Shown: positions 1-10,686, counted from the stretch's first letter. The stretch is DNA of 64,000 nucleotides from an uncultured Alphaproteobacteria bacterium (GCA_944392955.1 CALXYK010000007.1:11003-75002), one strand, 5' to 3'. A program made the numbers and translations. Notes: a model not told the origin generated them from the letters alone.

Positions 1-1118
1 TCTTACTAGAAAAACCATACATAAATGAAAAATGGATATCAACTGGCGGAAATAGTAAAAATACCATCGGACATATAGGGGGGAAAAAATCATTTAAAAA
101 ACTTTTCTCTAAAAATATAGGTAAGGTAAATTCCACTCAACAAATTTTGTATTCTCCTGTGGCTAACAAAGATATTGTTTATACCATATCCGGAAACCTA
201 AAACTTACCGCATCAGATATAAAAACAGGTAAAACATTATGGGAAAAGGAAAAATTAAAAAATAATGATTTAATAAAATTTGGTGCACTTGCTCTTGATG
301 ATAACTATTTATATGTAATAACAAACAATTCCCAACTTTTAAAACTTGATGCTAAAACAGGAGAAATAATTTACAGTAAATATTTCAACACAACTCTTAA
401 ATCAGGTCTACAATTATGTAATAACATGTTGCTATTCATAGATGATTCAAACGAACTTTTTGCTGTTAATGCCCAAAACGGAGAAAAAGCATTTACACAT
501 AAATCTATGGAAGAATCTTCCTCTTTCATAAAAGGTTCAACCCCATTATGCATAAATGATAAAATAATTGCCACTTTTTCAAATGGTGAAATTCATATGA
601 TTATGCAGGACACCGCAACACCAATATGGCTAAGTTCTATATATAAGATAAGCCCTTCTAACATAAACAACATAACAGATATAGTTGCAAACCCTATCAC
701 GAACGGCAATATAGTTATAGTAAAAGGATATAATGATATAACAAAGGCAATAGATATAAACGAAGGTATGACTCTTTGGGAAAACAATAACGGAGGCATC
801 ACAACTCCAACACTATCCAACGATATAATGTTTGATATAAATAATAATAAAGTGTTATCTGCAACCGACATAATAACTGGGAAAATTATATGGGAAAGTA
901 AACTTCCTTCCACACCAAAGGAAATATTCTTTGATCCATTATTGGTAAACAATCAATTAATAATACCTATATCAAATGGAGAAATAATAAAATTTAATCC
1001 TTATACAGGAAGGCAAATATCTATTGATAAATTAACAAATAAAATAGATACAAATCCAATAGTTATAGAAGGCTACTTAATAATAATTTCTGACGGGAAT
1101 TTAGAAATTTTTAGTTAA
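1..1118 (+). CDS. PQQ-repeat beta-propeller lipoprotein, BamB-like (5' partial; frame is open from the window edge, so the TTG at 147 is only the first in-frame start)
   Basis: Repeated tGK.lW / aldaktGe..W blade motifs typical of PQQ-like propellers such as BamB. No stop codon in this frame between nt 3 and 146. Confidence 0.5.
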   Translation, partial: LLEKPYINEKWISTGGNSKNTIGHIGGKKSFKKLFSKNIGKVNSTQQILYSPVANKDIVYTISGNLKLTASDIKTGKTLWEKEKLKNNDLIKFGALALDDNYLYVITNNSQLLKLDAKTGEIIYSKYFNTTLKSGLQLCNNMLLFIDDSNELFAVNAQNGEKAFTHKSMEESSSFIKGSTPLCINDKIIATFSNGEIHMIMQDTATPIWLSSIYKISPSNINNITDIVANPITNGNIVIVKGYNDITKAIDINEGMTLWENNNGGITTPTLSNDIMFDINNNKVLSATDIITGKIIWESKLPSTPKEIFFDPLLVNNQLIIPISNGEIIKFNPYTGRQISIDKLTNKIDTNPIVIEGYLIIISDGNLEIFS

Positions 1119-2129
1119 AAACCTTTTTTTAAACTTCACCCAAAAACTTTCTGGTTGAGAGTCATATAGTTTTTGTAACACTGGATCATCAAAATAAAAT
1201 CCCTTATATCCCTTTAATTTTCTTAATACCTTTAAGAACTTTTTATACTCCTTATGATCTTCTTTCCACACTGTATATTTATCATACTCTTTACACATCT
1301 GAGAAGTATTCCAGTTTCTAAATCTCCAAAAATTAGCTGTCGCCCCTAATTTATTAGCAAGTTTTACAAATTTTACCATTTCGCGGTAATTCAAAGAACT
1401 TACAACAAACATCATATTGAAATATGGAATTTCTCCCTTTTTAACAAGCGAAGAAATCCATTTTAAATTTTTTATCACCCTATCAAAATTACTTCCCCTT
1501 ACTATTTTATCATATACCTTCTTGGATGCCGCATGAACGGATATATAAACAAAAGACATTCGTCCTAAGAATCCGAAATCACGACAATGTTCCTCATCAA
1601 ACAATAAACCATTACTAAGCACCATAAACTTAACATTTGGTTTTATTTCTAATATTTTTCTAACTAATAGTTTCATATGATTACTAGCAAAAACCTCTCC
1701 TCCTCCATTCAGATAAATAACTTTTACATTTTTACATATATCAATAAATCTATCCATAAATTTATTAAAATATTCTGTATTTTCTTTTGATTCATAAATA
1801 AAATCATCTCTACACATAACACATCTAACATTACATGCTTTAATATAAGAAAGATGAATAACTTCAGGATAAGAGGGATATAAATCCACCATCGTTTTAT
1901 AATCAAAATTCTTTGTACATAATGTTAAATCACACCCTTCGTATGTCTCTTTAATAACAGACTTCCTAAATTCTACTGCCTTTTCTCCATACCATATTTC
2001 TTCAAAAGTAGATTCAAAGATATTCCCAATACACTTCTTTTGAAGAGTTGGACAACAAAACCAACAACTTCCATTTAACTCCACTGCAAATCTAACAAAC
2101 GGTGCTTTACAACAAGATCTTTTAGTCAT
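1101..2129 (-). CDS. radical SAM protein, paralog A, with an N-terminal SPASM/twitch-like Cys-rich domain
   Basis: CNVRCVMC (CX3CX2C) at about residue 100. LNGGGE glycine-rich SAM motif. N-terminus CCKAPF...NGSCWFCC...CIGNIFESTFEEIWYG...FRKS...C-x4-C resembles the SPASM consensus (GNi..s..eiW.s....fR). About 80% aa identity to the upstream paralog. RBS GAGGAAG. Confidence 0.75.
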   Translation of the reverse strand: MTKRSCCKAPFVRFAVELNGSCWFCCPTLQKKCIGNIFESTFEEIWYGEKAVEFRKSVIKETYEGCDLTLCTKNFDYKTMVDLYPSYPEVIHLSYIKACNVRCVMCRDDFIYESKENTEYFNKFMDRFIDICKNVKVIYLNGGGEVFASNHMKLLVRKILEIKPNVKFMVLSNGLLFDEEHCRDFGFLGRMSFVYISVHAASKKVYDKIVRGSNFDRVIKNLKWISSLVKKGEIPYFNMMFVVSSLNYREMVKFVKLANKLGATANFWRFRNWNTSQMCKEYDKYTVWKEDHKEYKKFLKVLRKLKGYKGFYFDDPVLQKLYDSQPESFWVKFKKRFLTKNF

Positions 2130-2159
2130 TTAACTTCCTCTTTTTAAACAAAATAAAAA

Positions 2160-3182
2160 TTACAATTTCAAAAACCTCTTTTTAAACTTCACCCAAAAAC
2201 TTTCTGGTTGAAAGTCATATAGTTTTTGTAATACAGGATCATCAAAATAAAATCCCTTATATCCCTTTAATTTTCTTAATACCTTTAAGAATTTTTTATA
2301 TTCTTTATGATCTTTTTCCCATACTGTATATTTATCATATTCTTCACATATCTTAGAAACCTTATAATTTCTAAATCTCCAAAAAGTAGCCGTTGCACCT
2401 AATTTATTTGCAAGTTTTACAAATTTTACCATCTCACGGTAATTCAAAGAACTTACAACAAACATAATACTAAAATATGCAATTTCTTCCTTTTTCAAAA
2501 GTGATGAAATCCATTTTAAATTTTTTATCACCCTATCAAAATTACTTCCCCTTACTATTTTATCATATACCTTCTTGGATGCCGCATGAACAGATACAAA
2601 CACCCCTAACATTTTTCCTAGTACAGCGAAATCACGACAATGTTCCTCATCAAACAATAAACCATTACTATGTAAAATAAACTTAACATCCGGCTTTATT
2701 TCTAATATCTTCGTAACTAATAATTTCAAATGACTACTAACAAAAAATTCCCCTCCTCCATTCATATAAATTGTTTTAGCATTTTTACATATATCAATAA
2801 ATCTATCCATAAATTTATTAAAATATTCTGTATTTTCTTTTGATTCATAAATAAAATCATCTCTACACATAACACATCTAACATTACATGCTTTAACATG
2901 ACAAAACTGTATAACCTCTGGATAAGGAGGATATAAGTCCGGTAATATATCATCTTCAAAAAATTTTCTACACAAAGAAAAATCACACCCTTCATATGTT
3001 TCCTTAATAACAGATTTTCTAAATTCTACTGCCTTTTCCCCGTACCATATTTCTTCAAAAGTAGATTCAAAAATATTTCCTATACACTCCTTTTGCGAGC
3101 CTGAACAACAAAACCAACAATCACCACTTAATTCTATAGAAAACTTCACAAACGGGGCTTTACAACAAGTAAATTCGGACAT
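2160..3182 (-). CDS. radical SAM protein, paralog B (tandem duplicate of paralog A)
   Basis: Same CX3CX2C and GGGE motifs and the same N-terminal Cys-rich SPASM-like domain. Strong SD AGGAGGAGG lies inside the last codons of mnmG, so it is co-transcribed with mnmG. Confidence 0.75.
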   Translation of the reverse strand: MSEFTCCKAPFVKFSIELSGDCWFCCSGSQKECIGNIFESTFEEIWYGEKAVEFRKSVIKETYEGCDFSLCRKFFEDDILPDLYPPYPEVIQFCHVKACNVRCVMCRDDFIYESKENTEYFNKFMDRFIDICKNAKTIYMNGGGEFFVSSHLKLLVTKILEIKPDVKFILHSNGLLFDEEHCRDFAVLGKMLGVFVSVHAASKKVYDKIVRGSNFDRVIKNLKWISSLLKKEEIAYFSIMFVVSSLNYREMVKFVKLANKLGATATFWRFRNYKVSKICEEYDKYTVWEKDHKEYKKFLKVLRKLKGYKGFYFDDPVLQKLYDFQPESFWVKFKKRFLKL

Positions 3183-3190
3183 TCCTCCTC

Positions 3191-5032
3191 CTATTTTTTC
3201 ACATATTTTAGTAATGCAGTCAATGCCGCAGGTGTCATTCCAGGTATCCTAGAAGCACTTGCCAAAGTAGTAGGCTTTGACTTTTGTAATTTATATTTTA
3301 TTTCTAATGTTAAGCCACCTACTTTATTATAATCAATATCATCAGGAATTTTTAAATTTTGATCTTTTTTATAAGATAAAATATCTTGTTCCTGCCTTTT
3401 TAAATAACCCTGATATTTTCCTTCTATACCAACTTGTTTTATAGAAACATCATCAAAATCTGTAATCTCTGGAATTATAATTTTAAGCTTTTCTATATTC
3501 AAATCTGCATATTTTAAGGATTCATAAGCGTTACATCCAGCGGCACCACAACCTTCGCAATTTATCAATTTAAGCAATTTATTGTTAATTTTTTTACTTT
3601 TTAAAAAGTTTCTTAAAGTATCAAGTTGCTTCATCTTTTCAGTAAAGAAAATTTTTCTTTCATCACTAACTACACCTATTGCAATACCAATAGGGGTAAG
3701 TCTCTGATCTGCATTATCAGCCCTTATACTAAGTCTATATTCGGACCTTGCCGTAAACATACGATAAGGTTCATCTACCCCAAGTGTAGTAATATCATCC
3801 ACTAACACACCTATATATGCCTGACTTCTATCCAAAACAATTTCTTCTTGATTTTTCGCAAATAATCCAGCATTTATACCAGCTAAAATTCCCTGCGAAG
3901 CCGCCTCTTCATAGCCACTAGTTCCATTTATCTGTCCTGCAAAATAAAGTCCCTTTATCCTTTTAGATCTTAATGTAGGTTTTAACTCCCTTGCATCAAT
4001 AGCATCATACTCTATTGCATAACCATACCTAATTATTTTAACATTTTTTAAGCCTTTAATAGATCTTATAAAGGCATCTTGAACATCTTTTGGTAAAGAA
4101 GTAGAAATTCCATTAGGATAGATAACATCAGAATCATAACCTTCCTGCTCTAAAAAAACATGATGAGATTCGTGATGAGCAAACCTTACAACCTTATCTT
4201 CAATACTAGGGCAATACCTAGGTCCTATAGACTTTATCTGCCCATTATAAAGAGGTGTCCTATCTTTATTATCAGTAATAATTTTATGAGTAATTTTATT
4301 TGTGTAAGTAATATAACAAGGAAGTAGTTTTTGTGTTATTTTCTTTGTCATAAAGGAAAAAGGTTCCGGAGGATTATCACTCAACTGACATTCCAAATCG
4401 CTATAATCAATAGTTGCCTTAGAAAGCCTTGCCGGAGTTCCAGTTTTAAGTCGTAAAATCTCAAACCCGGCTTTTTTTAAAGATTCTGTAATTCCATAAC
4501 TGGCACTTTCTCCAACTCTACCACCAAAAGTTTTTTCTTCCCCCGTATGCATAACACCATTTAAAAAGGTTCCAGTCGTAACTACAACGGAAATACAATC
4601 AATAACACCTGTATTTTTTAAAACAACACCTTTAACCTCCAAAAACTTGTCATCAAATAATATCTCCACAGCCTCATCTTCTATTATAGTAAGATTTTTT
4701 TGACTTTCTAAGGTTTCACGGATTGCTTTTTTATACAAAGTTCTATCTGCCTGAGCCCTAGGTCCCTGAACAGCGGCACCTTTGGACGCATTTAAAACTC
4801 TAAATTGAGTACCTGCAAAATCAATAGCCTTTGCCATTACTCCATCTAAGGCATCAATCTCACGCACTAAGTGCCCTTTCCCTAACCCACCAATAGAAGG
4901 ATTACAGGACATTTCTCCTAAATTATTTTTTGAAAATGTAACTAACAAGGTTTTTAAACCTAACCTTGCCGAAGCAGCACATGCTTCAACACCGGCATGT
5001 CCGCCTCCTACAACTACTACATCATAATTCAT
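3191..5032 (-). CDS. mnmG: tRNA uridine 5-carboxymethylaminomethyl modification enzyme MnmG (GidA)
   Basis: N-terminal FAD-binding motif VVVVGGGHAGVEA. Length 613 aa. Full-length GidA-like sequence. Confidence 0.95.
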   Translation of the reverse strand: MNYDVVVVGGGHAGVEACAASARLGLKTLLVTFSKNNLGEMSCNPSIGGLGKGHLVREIDALDGVMAKAIDFAGTQFRVLNASKGAAVQGPRAQADRTLYKKAIRETLESQKNLTIIEDEAVEILFDDKFLEVKGVVLKNTGVIDCISVVVTTGTFLNGVMHTGEEKTFGGRVGESASYGITESLKKAGFEILRLKTGTPARLSKATIDYSDLECQLSDNPPEPFSFMTKKITQKLLPCYITYTNKITHKIITDNKDRTPLYNGQIKSIGPRYCPSIEDKVVRFAHHESHHVFLEQEGYDSDVIYPNGISTSLPKDVQDAFIRSIKGLKNVKIIRYGYAIEYDAIDARELKPTLRSKRIKGLYFAGQINGTSGYEEAASQGILAGINAGLFAKNQEEIVLDRSQAYIGVLVDDITTLGVDEPYRMFTARSEYRLSIRADNADQRLTPIGIAIGVVSDERKIFFTEKMKQLDTLRNFLKSKKINNKLLKLINCEGCGAAGCNAYESLKYADLNIEKLKIIIPEITDFDDVSIKQVGIEGKYQGYLKRQEQDILSYKKDQNLKIPDDIDYNKVGGLTLEIKYKLQKSKPTTLASASRIPGMTPAALTALLKYVKK

Positions 5033-5127
5033 TTTTATTTTTCAATACATTAAAAATAATATCTATAACAACAATTATAGATATTAAAAAAATAATAGCA
5101 ATTTATTTTTATATACAATCACACATA

Positions 5128-5904
5128 TTATCTAACTTTTTCCGATAACAAATCAGATATAATTGATGGTAATTTGGTAATATCTGACTTTTCTGATATA
5201 ATCACATCTGGATTATTACATTGCAAATGAAAGATGCTTACATATTTAGAAAACGCTGCACCAATAGATTTCATCCCCGCATTTTTAGCCATAACCATAT
5301 CACCCAATGAATCTCCAATCATAACGGCATTAGAAAGTTTTATTCCCAATTCCTGTGAAATATATTCAACTATCTGAGTATCAGGTTTATCTTTAAATTG
5401 TAATCCACCATCAGTTGCTTCTATAATGTCAAAACAACCTTCAACACCTTCATATTTTAGGAATTGCATTATAGAGTTCAAATCCCTAGAAGAAGCAATA
5501 GCCAAAGCAATATCAGTTTTTGCAAGTTCTAAAATGACATTTTTCATACCTGTAAAAAATTCCATTTGCTTAAAATATTTAGGTTCATTAAACAACTTTG
5601 TAACAAGAGGTTGAACATTTTCAGTATATATTTTTTTCTGTTCTTTCAAATTACGTCCCCAACCTAAATATTTTTTATCATATAACATAAAAAAGTTAGA
5701 AACTATATTATCATCATAAGGAAGACCATAAAAATCCAAAACAACTTTATTTATTTTATTAAAAACATGTTTTGATTTTACCAAAGTTTCATCAAAATCA
5801 AACACTACCAATTTATTTTTAGCTTTTTTTAGTCTGCTTATTACAAAATTATTAGATATATTAGATATATCTTTAAAAACCACTTTTTTTTCTATTGAAT
5901 TCAT
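5128..5904 (-). CDS. HAD-superfamily phosphatase (subfamily IA)
   Basis: Motif I VVFDFDETL. Motif IV GDSLGDMVMAKNAG. Confidence 0.65.
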   Translation of the reverse strand: MNSIEKKVVFKDISNISNNFVISRLKKAKNKLVVFDFDETLVKSKHVFNKINKVVLDFYGLPYDDNIVSNFFMLYDKKYLGWGRNLKEQKKIYTENVQPLVTKLFNEPKYFKQMEFFTGMKNVILELAKTDIALAIASSRDLNSIMQFLKYEGVEGCFDIIEATDGGLQFKDKPDTQIVEYISQELGIKLSNAVMIGDSLGDMVMAKNAGMKSIGAAFSKYVSIFHLQCNNPDVIISEKSDITKLPSIISDLLSEKVR

Positions 5905-5972
5905 TTTTATTTCCTACTATTATCTGTTTATATTATTTAAAATATGACGGATATTAAACAAAGGAATTTATT

Positions 5973-8900
5973 ATGTCAAGTAAAAATATTTATCCAGAAA
6001 CAAATAGCAAACCAAATTTCCCTAAAATAGAAGAGGAAATACTCTCCTTTTGGAATAAAAATAACATATTTCAACGCAGTATAGATGAAAGATCGGAAAA
6101 GGATGAATTTGTATTCTATGATGGTCCACCTTTTGCAAATGGATTACCTCATTATGGTCATGTTTTACAAAGTTTCACAAAGGATACTATTGCCCGTTAT
6201 CAAACAATGAAGGGAAAAAGAGTAAAAAGGCGTTGGGGATGGGACTGCCACGGGCTACCACCTGAATTAAAAACAGAAAAGGAATTGGGAATATCTGGCA
6301 AAAAAGCAATAGAAGAATTTGGTGTTGATAAATTCACCGATAAATGCCGCATAGATGTTTTAACTTATGCAAATGAATGGAAGGGAATAATAAACCGACT
6401 TGGACGTTGGGTTGATATGGACAATGCCTATAAAACAATGGATAAGGAATATTCTGAAAGTATTATATGGGCATTTAAACAATTATATGAAAAGGGACTA
6501 TTATACGAAGATTTTAGAATACTTCCATATTCATGGAGTGCAGAAACCCCATTATCAAATTTTGAGGTAAATCAGGCATACCAAGATAAAACAGACAATA
6601 CCGCAACCGTAAAATTTAACCTTGAAAATGGATTAACTCTTTTGGTATGGACAACAACACCTTGGACATTACCATCTAATTTAATGTTGGCAGTAGGTGA
6701 AGATATAACCTATTCAATATACGAATTAAACGGCGAAAAATTAGTTTTAGCAACATCCAGAGTAGATGCATACAAAAAGGAACTTGAAAAAGCAACTTTC
6801 ATAAAAGAAATAAAAGGAAAGGAACTAGTTGGATTACACTACACCCCACTTTTCCCTTACTTTGCAGATTACAGGGAAAAATATGATGCTTTTCAAGTAT
6901 TAAAGGCTGACTTTGTATCAACCGAAGACGGAACAGGTATAGTCCATATGGCACCTGGATTTGGTGAAGACGACTTTAACTTATGTAAAAGTTTCAGCCC
7001 TAACTTCCCTATCCTATGTCCAGTAGACGGCACCGGAAAATTCACCTCCGAAGTTCCTGATTTCAGTGGACAACAAGTTTTTGATACAAATGACGCTATC
7101 TTTAAAAGATTAAAAGAAGAAAACAAATTATTTAAAAAAGATCAACTAACCCACTCTTATCCATTTTGTTGGAGAACTGACAAACCTCTTATCTATAAAG
7201 CTATGAGTTCATGGTTTGTCCGTGTTGAACAAATAAAGGATAAATTAATAAAGGCAAATGAAACTATTACCTGGATACCTGAACATATAAAACATGGTCG
7301 ATTCGGTAAATGGTTAGAAGGAGCAAGGGATTGGTCCATATCCAGAAACAGATTCTGGGGTGCACCTCTACCTGTTTGGAAATCAACAGATCCTAAATAC
7401 CCAAGGATTGATGTTTTCGGCTCTATAAAGGAAATAGAAGAAGCATCAGGTATGAAGGTAACCGATTTACACAGACCACACATAGATAAAATTACATATC
7501 CAAATCCTGATGATCCTACTGGAAAATCCATGATGGTAAGGATTCCTGATGTATTTGATTGCTGGTTTGAAAGTGGCTCTATGCCATTTGCATCATGTCA
7601 TTATCCATTTGAAAACAAAGAATGGTTTGAAAAGAATTTTCCTGCTGATTTCATTACTGAGGCAACAGATCAAACTCGCGGTTGGTTTTATACACTAGTA
7701 GTCATGGGTGTAGCATTGTTTGACAAGGCACCTTTCAAAACTTGTGTATGCTCTGGTTTCGTTTTTGATGAAAAAGGGCAAAAACTATCAAAAAAACTGG
7801 GAAATTACTCCGAACCTACGGAATTTTTTAATAAATATGGCTCTGATTCTTTCCGTTGGCTATTATTATCTTCCCCATTATTAAGAGGTGAAATTGCAAA
7901 AATTTCAAAAGAAGGAACTGAGGTATCAGCCGTAACCAGAAAGGTCTTGATACCATACTATAATGCATATCACTTCTTTACACTATATGCAAATGCCGAT
8001 TCTATAAAGGCTGAATATAATACAACATCAAATGAATTGATGGATAGGTACATATTGGCTAAATTAGAAGAATTAAAAGAAATTGCAGATAAAACAATGT
8101 CAAATTATGATATTGCAACATTCTGTTCAGAGGTAGAAAGATTCCTTGATATCCTAAACAACTGGTATATCCGCCAATGTAGGGAACGATTCTGGGGAAC
8201 AAATGTATCAAAGGAAACCCAGATAAAGGCATTTAATACCCTTTACTCTGTTTTAATAAATATATCAAAAATCATGGCACCATTAATGCCATTTACAACA
8301 GAATATATCTATAAAAATCTTACAGGTGAGGATTCAGTGCATCTCACTTTCTATCCAAAGGCAAGTGGTAATAAAGAAGAAGATTTAATAACTTCTATGG
8401 ATACAATAATATCCATATGTTCAAGTGTAAAAACCCTAAGGGAAGAAGCATCTATCAGAAATCGTCAACCTTTACAAAGTTTGACTATCGCTTCACCAAA
8501 GGCAGAACATCTGAAAACATATACTGACATAATAAAAACAGAATGTAATGTCAAAGATGTTATTTTCACAACAGATATAGATAAATATGCTAAAAAGATT
8601 TTATACATCTATACACCAATAGTCGGTAAACGACTTGGCCGTGCCTTAGCTGAAATTCAAAAATCTGCAAAAGAAAATAACTACACAATAAAAGATGGAA
8701 TATGTTCTATTGCAGGTTATGAATTATTTAGTAATGAATATGAAATAAAGGTAGAGGTCCTTGGCAATTTCAAAGGTAAATCTACTTCTGATAATTCTGC
8801 TGTTGTATTATTAGATACAACAATAACACCAGAATTAAAAACCGAAGGTATCATCAGAAATTTCATAAGAAATATTCAAGAGGAAAGAAAGAATAAAGAT

Positions 8901-9086
8901 TTTAATATTTCCGATAGAATAAAGATATATTATAACTCTAATGACAATGAGATTATAAATGGTATCAATCTGTTCAAAGACGAAATAAGCTCTACAACCT
9001 TGGCAACAGATTTAATACAAACAGATAGCAAATGTAATGCCAATCTTGAAGATACCGATTTAACATTTGATATAGAAAAGGCATAA
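5973..9086 (+). CDS. ileS: isoleucyl-tRNA synthetase (type 2, eukaryote-like, about 1037 aa)
   Basis: Class I HYGH motif (PHYGH). KMSKS-like KLSKK. Length and overall similarity fit the IleRS type 2 typical of Rickettsiales. Confidence 0.93.
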   Translation: MSSKNIYPETNSKPNFPKIEEEILSFWNKNNIFQRSIDERSEKDEFVFYDGPPFANGLPHYGHVLQSFTKDTIARYQTMKGKRVKRRWGWDCHGLPPELKTEKELGISGKKAIEEFGVDKFTDKCRIDVLTYANEWKGIINRLGRWVDMDNAYKTMDKEYSESIIWAFKQLYEKGLLYEDFRILPYSWSAETPLSNFEVNQAYQDKTDNTATVKFNLENGLTLLVWTTTPWTLPSNLMLAVGEDITYSIYELNGEKLVLATSRVDAYKKELEKATFIKEIKGKELVGLHYTPLFPYFADYREKYDAFQVLKADFVSTEDGTGIVHMAPGFGEDDFNLCKSFSPNFPILCPVDGTGKFTSEVPDFSGQQVFDTNDAIFKRLKEENKLFKKDQLTHSYPFCWRTDKPLIYKAMSSWFVRVEQIKDKLIKANETITWIPEHIKHGRFGKWLEGARDWSISRNRFWGAPLPVWKSTDPKYPRIDVFGSIKEIEEASGMKVTDLHRPHIDKITYPNPDDPTGKSMMVRIPDVFDCWFESGSMPFASCHYPFENKEWFEKNFPADFITEATDQTRGWFYTLVVMGVALFDKAPFKTCVCSGFVFDEKGQKLSKKLGNYSEPTEFFNKYGSDSFRWLLLSSPLLRGEIAKISKEGTEVSAVTRKVLIPYYNAYHFFTLYANADSIKAEYNTTSNELMDRYILAKLEELKEIADKTMSNYDIATFCSEVERFLDILNNWYIRQCRERFWGTNVSKETQIKAFNTLYSVLINISKIMAPLMPFTTEYIYKNLTGEDSVHLTFYPKASGNKEEDLITSMDTIISICSSVKTLREEASIRNRQPLQSLTIASPKAEHLKTYTDIIKTECNVKDVIFTTDIDKYAKKILYIYTPIVGKRLGRALAEIQKSAKENNYTIKDGICSIAGYELFSNEYEIKVEVLGNFKGKSTSDNSAVVLLDTTITPELKTEGIIRNFIRNIQEERKNKDFNISDRIKIYYNSNDNEIINGINLFKDEISSTTLATDLIQTDSKCNANLEDTDLTFDIEKA

Positions 9087-9113
9087 AAAAACTGGGTTTT
9101 ACCCAGTTTTTTA
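9087..9113. terminator. bidirectional rho-independent terminator (ileS on + strand, hypothetical 9111..9602 on - strand)
   Basis: Perfect 7-bp stem ACTGGGT/ACCCAGT with a 3-nt loop. A-run upstream and T-run downstream. Confidence 0.7.
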
Positions 9114-9602
9114 ATGTTGGTAATCTGACACAACCTCTTTATATAACTTGTTTATTATTAATCCCCGTTTGGTAAGAAATGATTTTAAACCGAAAATTCT
9201 TCCTTGCATAATTTTACTAAACCTTTCTTCTGAAATACTTCCCAAAACAAAATTTAATACCACATCGGAAAAATGCTTTCTTTCTTCCATCATAGAAATA
9301 TTTCTCTCTGCTGCCTTTTCCCTAATATCCTGACTATTAAAAGATAAATAAGGAACAGGTCTTATATTCAAAACTGAAAAATTCTTATTATTTTCAACGA
9401 AACTGCCAAATAAAATTATATCACTTAAAGGTATTTTTCTTTTTTTAAGAATTTTATAGCAATTTTCATGTCCTAAAGCACATGTTTTCAAAGAATGTTT
9501 CCCATCAGAATCTATAAAATCCTGAGCAAAAAGAGTATGAACCTCCTCTAACTTACCGGAAAATTTATTAAAATATATAATAAAACTTGAAATATTGTTC
9601 AT
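9111..9602 (-). CDS. hypothetical protein
   Basis: 163-aa ORF with no motif I recognise. Start codon uncertain. Confidence 0.35.
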   Translation of the reverse strand: MNNISSFIIYFNKFSGKLEEVHTLFAQDFIDSDGKHSLKTCALGHENCYKILKKRKIPLSDIILFGSFVENNKNFSVLNIRPVPYLSFNSQDIREKAAERNISMMEERKHFSDVVLNFVLGSISEERFSKIMQGRIFGLKSFLTKRGLIINKLYKEVVSDYQH

Positions 9603-9730
9603 AATAAAATCCTATCTTAAATAATATAGGCAAATTATATAAACTGCTTAAATCATTTTGTCAATAAATAAATATAGTAATTCAAATAAAAATAGATTAA
9701 AATATAATAAAATAACAAAAGGAATATAAA

Positions 9731-10066
9731 ATGCCTCAACAATCAAAATTATATGCTATACTAACAAATGACCGAAACGAAAAATGCATATTGCTAACAC
9801 CTGAAAAACTTCCAAAAACACCTGCAATAAATCCCGAAATTCTATATGATGGAAAAAAACATGCTCTATTATATCGCTCTCCAAATGAAACAATAATCCT
9901 TGATTATATTCCTCCAACTCAACAAAAAATACTCAAAGATTTAAAAAGCATCTTAGTAGTAGAGTTTAATGTAAAAACAAAACAACCAATCCACGAATAT
10001 ATCGCAAAAATAACATCTACGAATAAAATCCCAGATATAGAAAAATTTATAACTATAAAAATATAG
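9731..10066 (+). CDS. hypothetical protein
   Basis: 111-aa ORF in a divergent intergenic context. No recognisable motif. Confidence 0.3.
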   Translation: MPQQSKLYAILTNDRNEKCILLTPEKLPKTPAINPEILYDGKKHALLYRSPNETIILDYIPPTQQKILKDLKSILVVEFNVKTKQPIHEYIAKITSTNKIPDIEKFITIKI

Positions 10067-10093
10067 GACATATCCATATATGCCCTATAAATT

Positions 10094-10585
10094 TTACTTT
10101 GTCTTTTTTATTTTAACCTTCTTGATTTTCTTTTTTGCCACCGGATCCTTTGGTAAATTTACTCTTAATACACCTTTTACAAAATCGGCACTAACCTTTT
10201 TAAAATCTATATCATCAGGCAAAGGTATAGTCCTGCTTATCATACCATAAGAACGTTCAGAAAAATAATGACCATCGCCTTTATTTTCAAAAGTATTTTT
10301 CTTCTCCCCTTTAATAGTTAAATAACCATCTTCTGATACACTAACTTCTACATCATCTTCATCAAGTCCTGGTAATTCAGCAGATACTTTTACAGCATCA
10401 TCTGTTTCTACTACTTCTATCTTAGGTTCTACAAGACTAAAATCCCCAACAGATGTTAAAGGATAATCCAAAATATTAAAGAAATTATCAAAAGCCCTAT
10501 TTATGTTATTTTTAAGTTCACCAACCTTTTTATTATAATTTTTTTGAGGAAGATTAGATTTCCCCATACATTTATTACATACCAT
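10094..10585 (-). CDS. small heat-shock protein, Hsp20/alpha-crystallin family (true start may be the internal Met at 10567)
   Basis: Alpha-crystallin domain: VETDDAVKVSAELPGLDEDDVEVSV...LTIKGEK...YGMISRTIPLP. Confidence 0.8.
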   Translation of the reverse strand: MVCNKCMGKSNLPQKNYNKKVGELKNNINRAFDNFFNILDYPLTSVGDFSLVEPKIEVVETDDAVKVSAELPGLDEDDVEVSVSEDGYLTIKGEKKNTFENKGDGHYFSERSYGMISRTIPLPDDIDFKKVSADFVKGVLRVNLPKDPVAKKKIKKVKIKKTK

Positions 10586-10686
10586 AATTTACCTCCCTAT
10601 AACACAAAACAAGCCACACACATGTATGTAATAATAACATAAAAGCAATTTCAATAAAATGAGTATATTTTCAAAAAGAATAAAAA

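Noticed and set aside
371-952. Minus-strand ORFs 371..574 and 593..952 inside the BamB-like gene.
   Set aside because: They are antisense to a well-supported CDS, have hydrophobic low-complexity translations typical of AT-rich antisense frames, and have no RBS.
1724-2995. ORFs 1724..1906 and 2762..2995 in an alternative frame of the radical-SAM genes, considered as a possible precursor peptide.
   Set aside because: They overlap the rSAM coding frames on the same strand. The two are near-identical only because the host genes are duplicated. They have no RBS or leader-core features.
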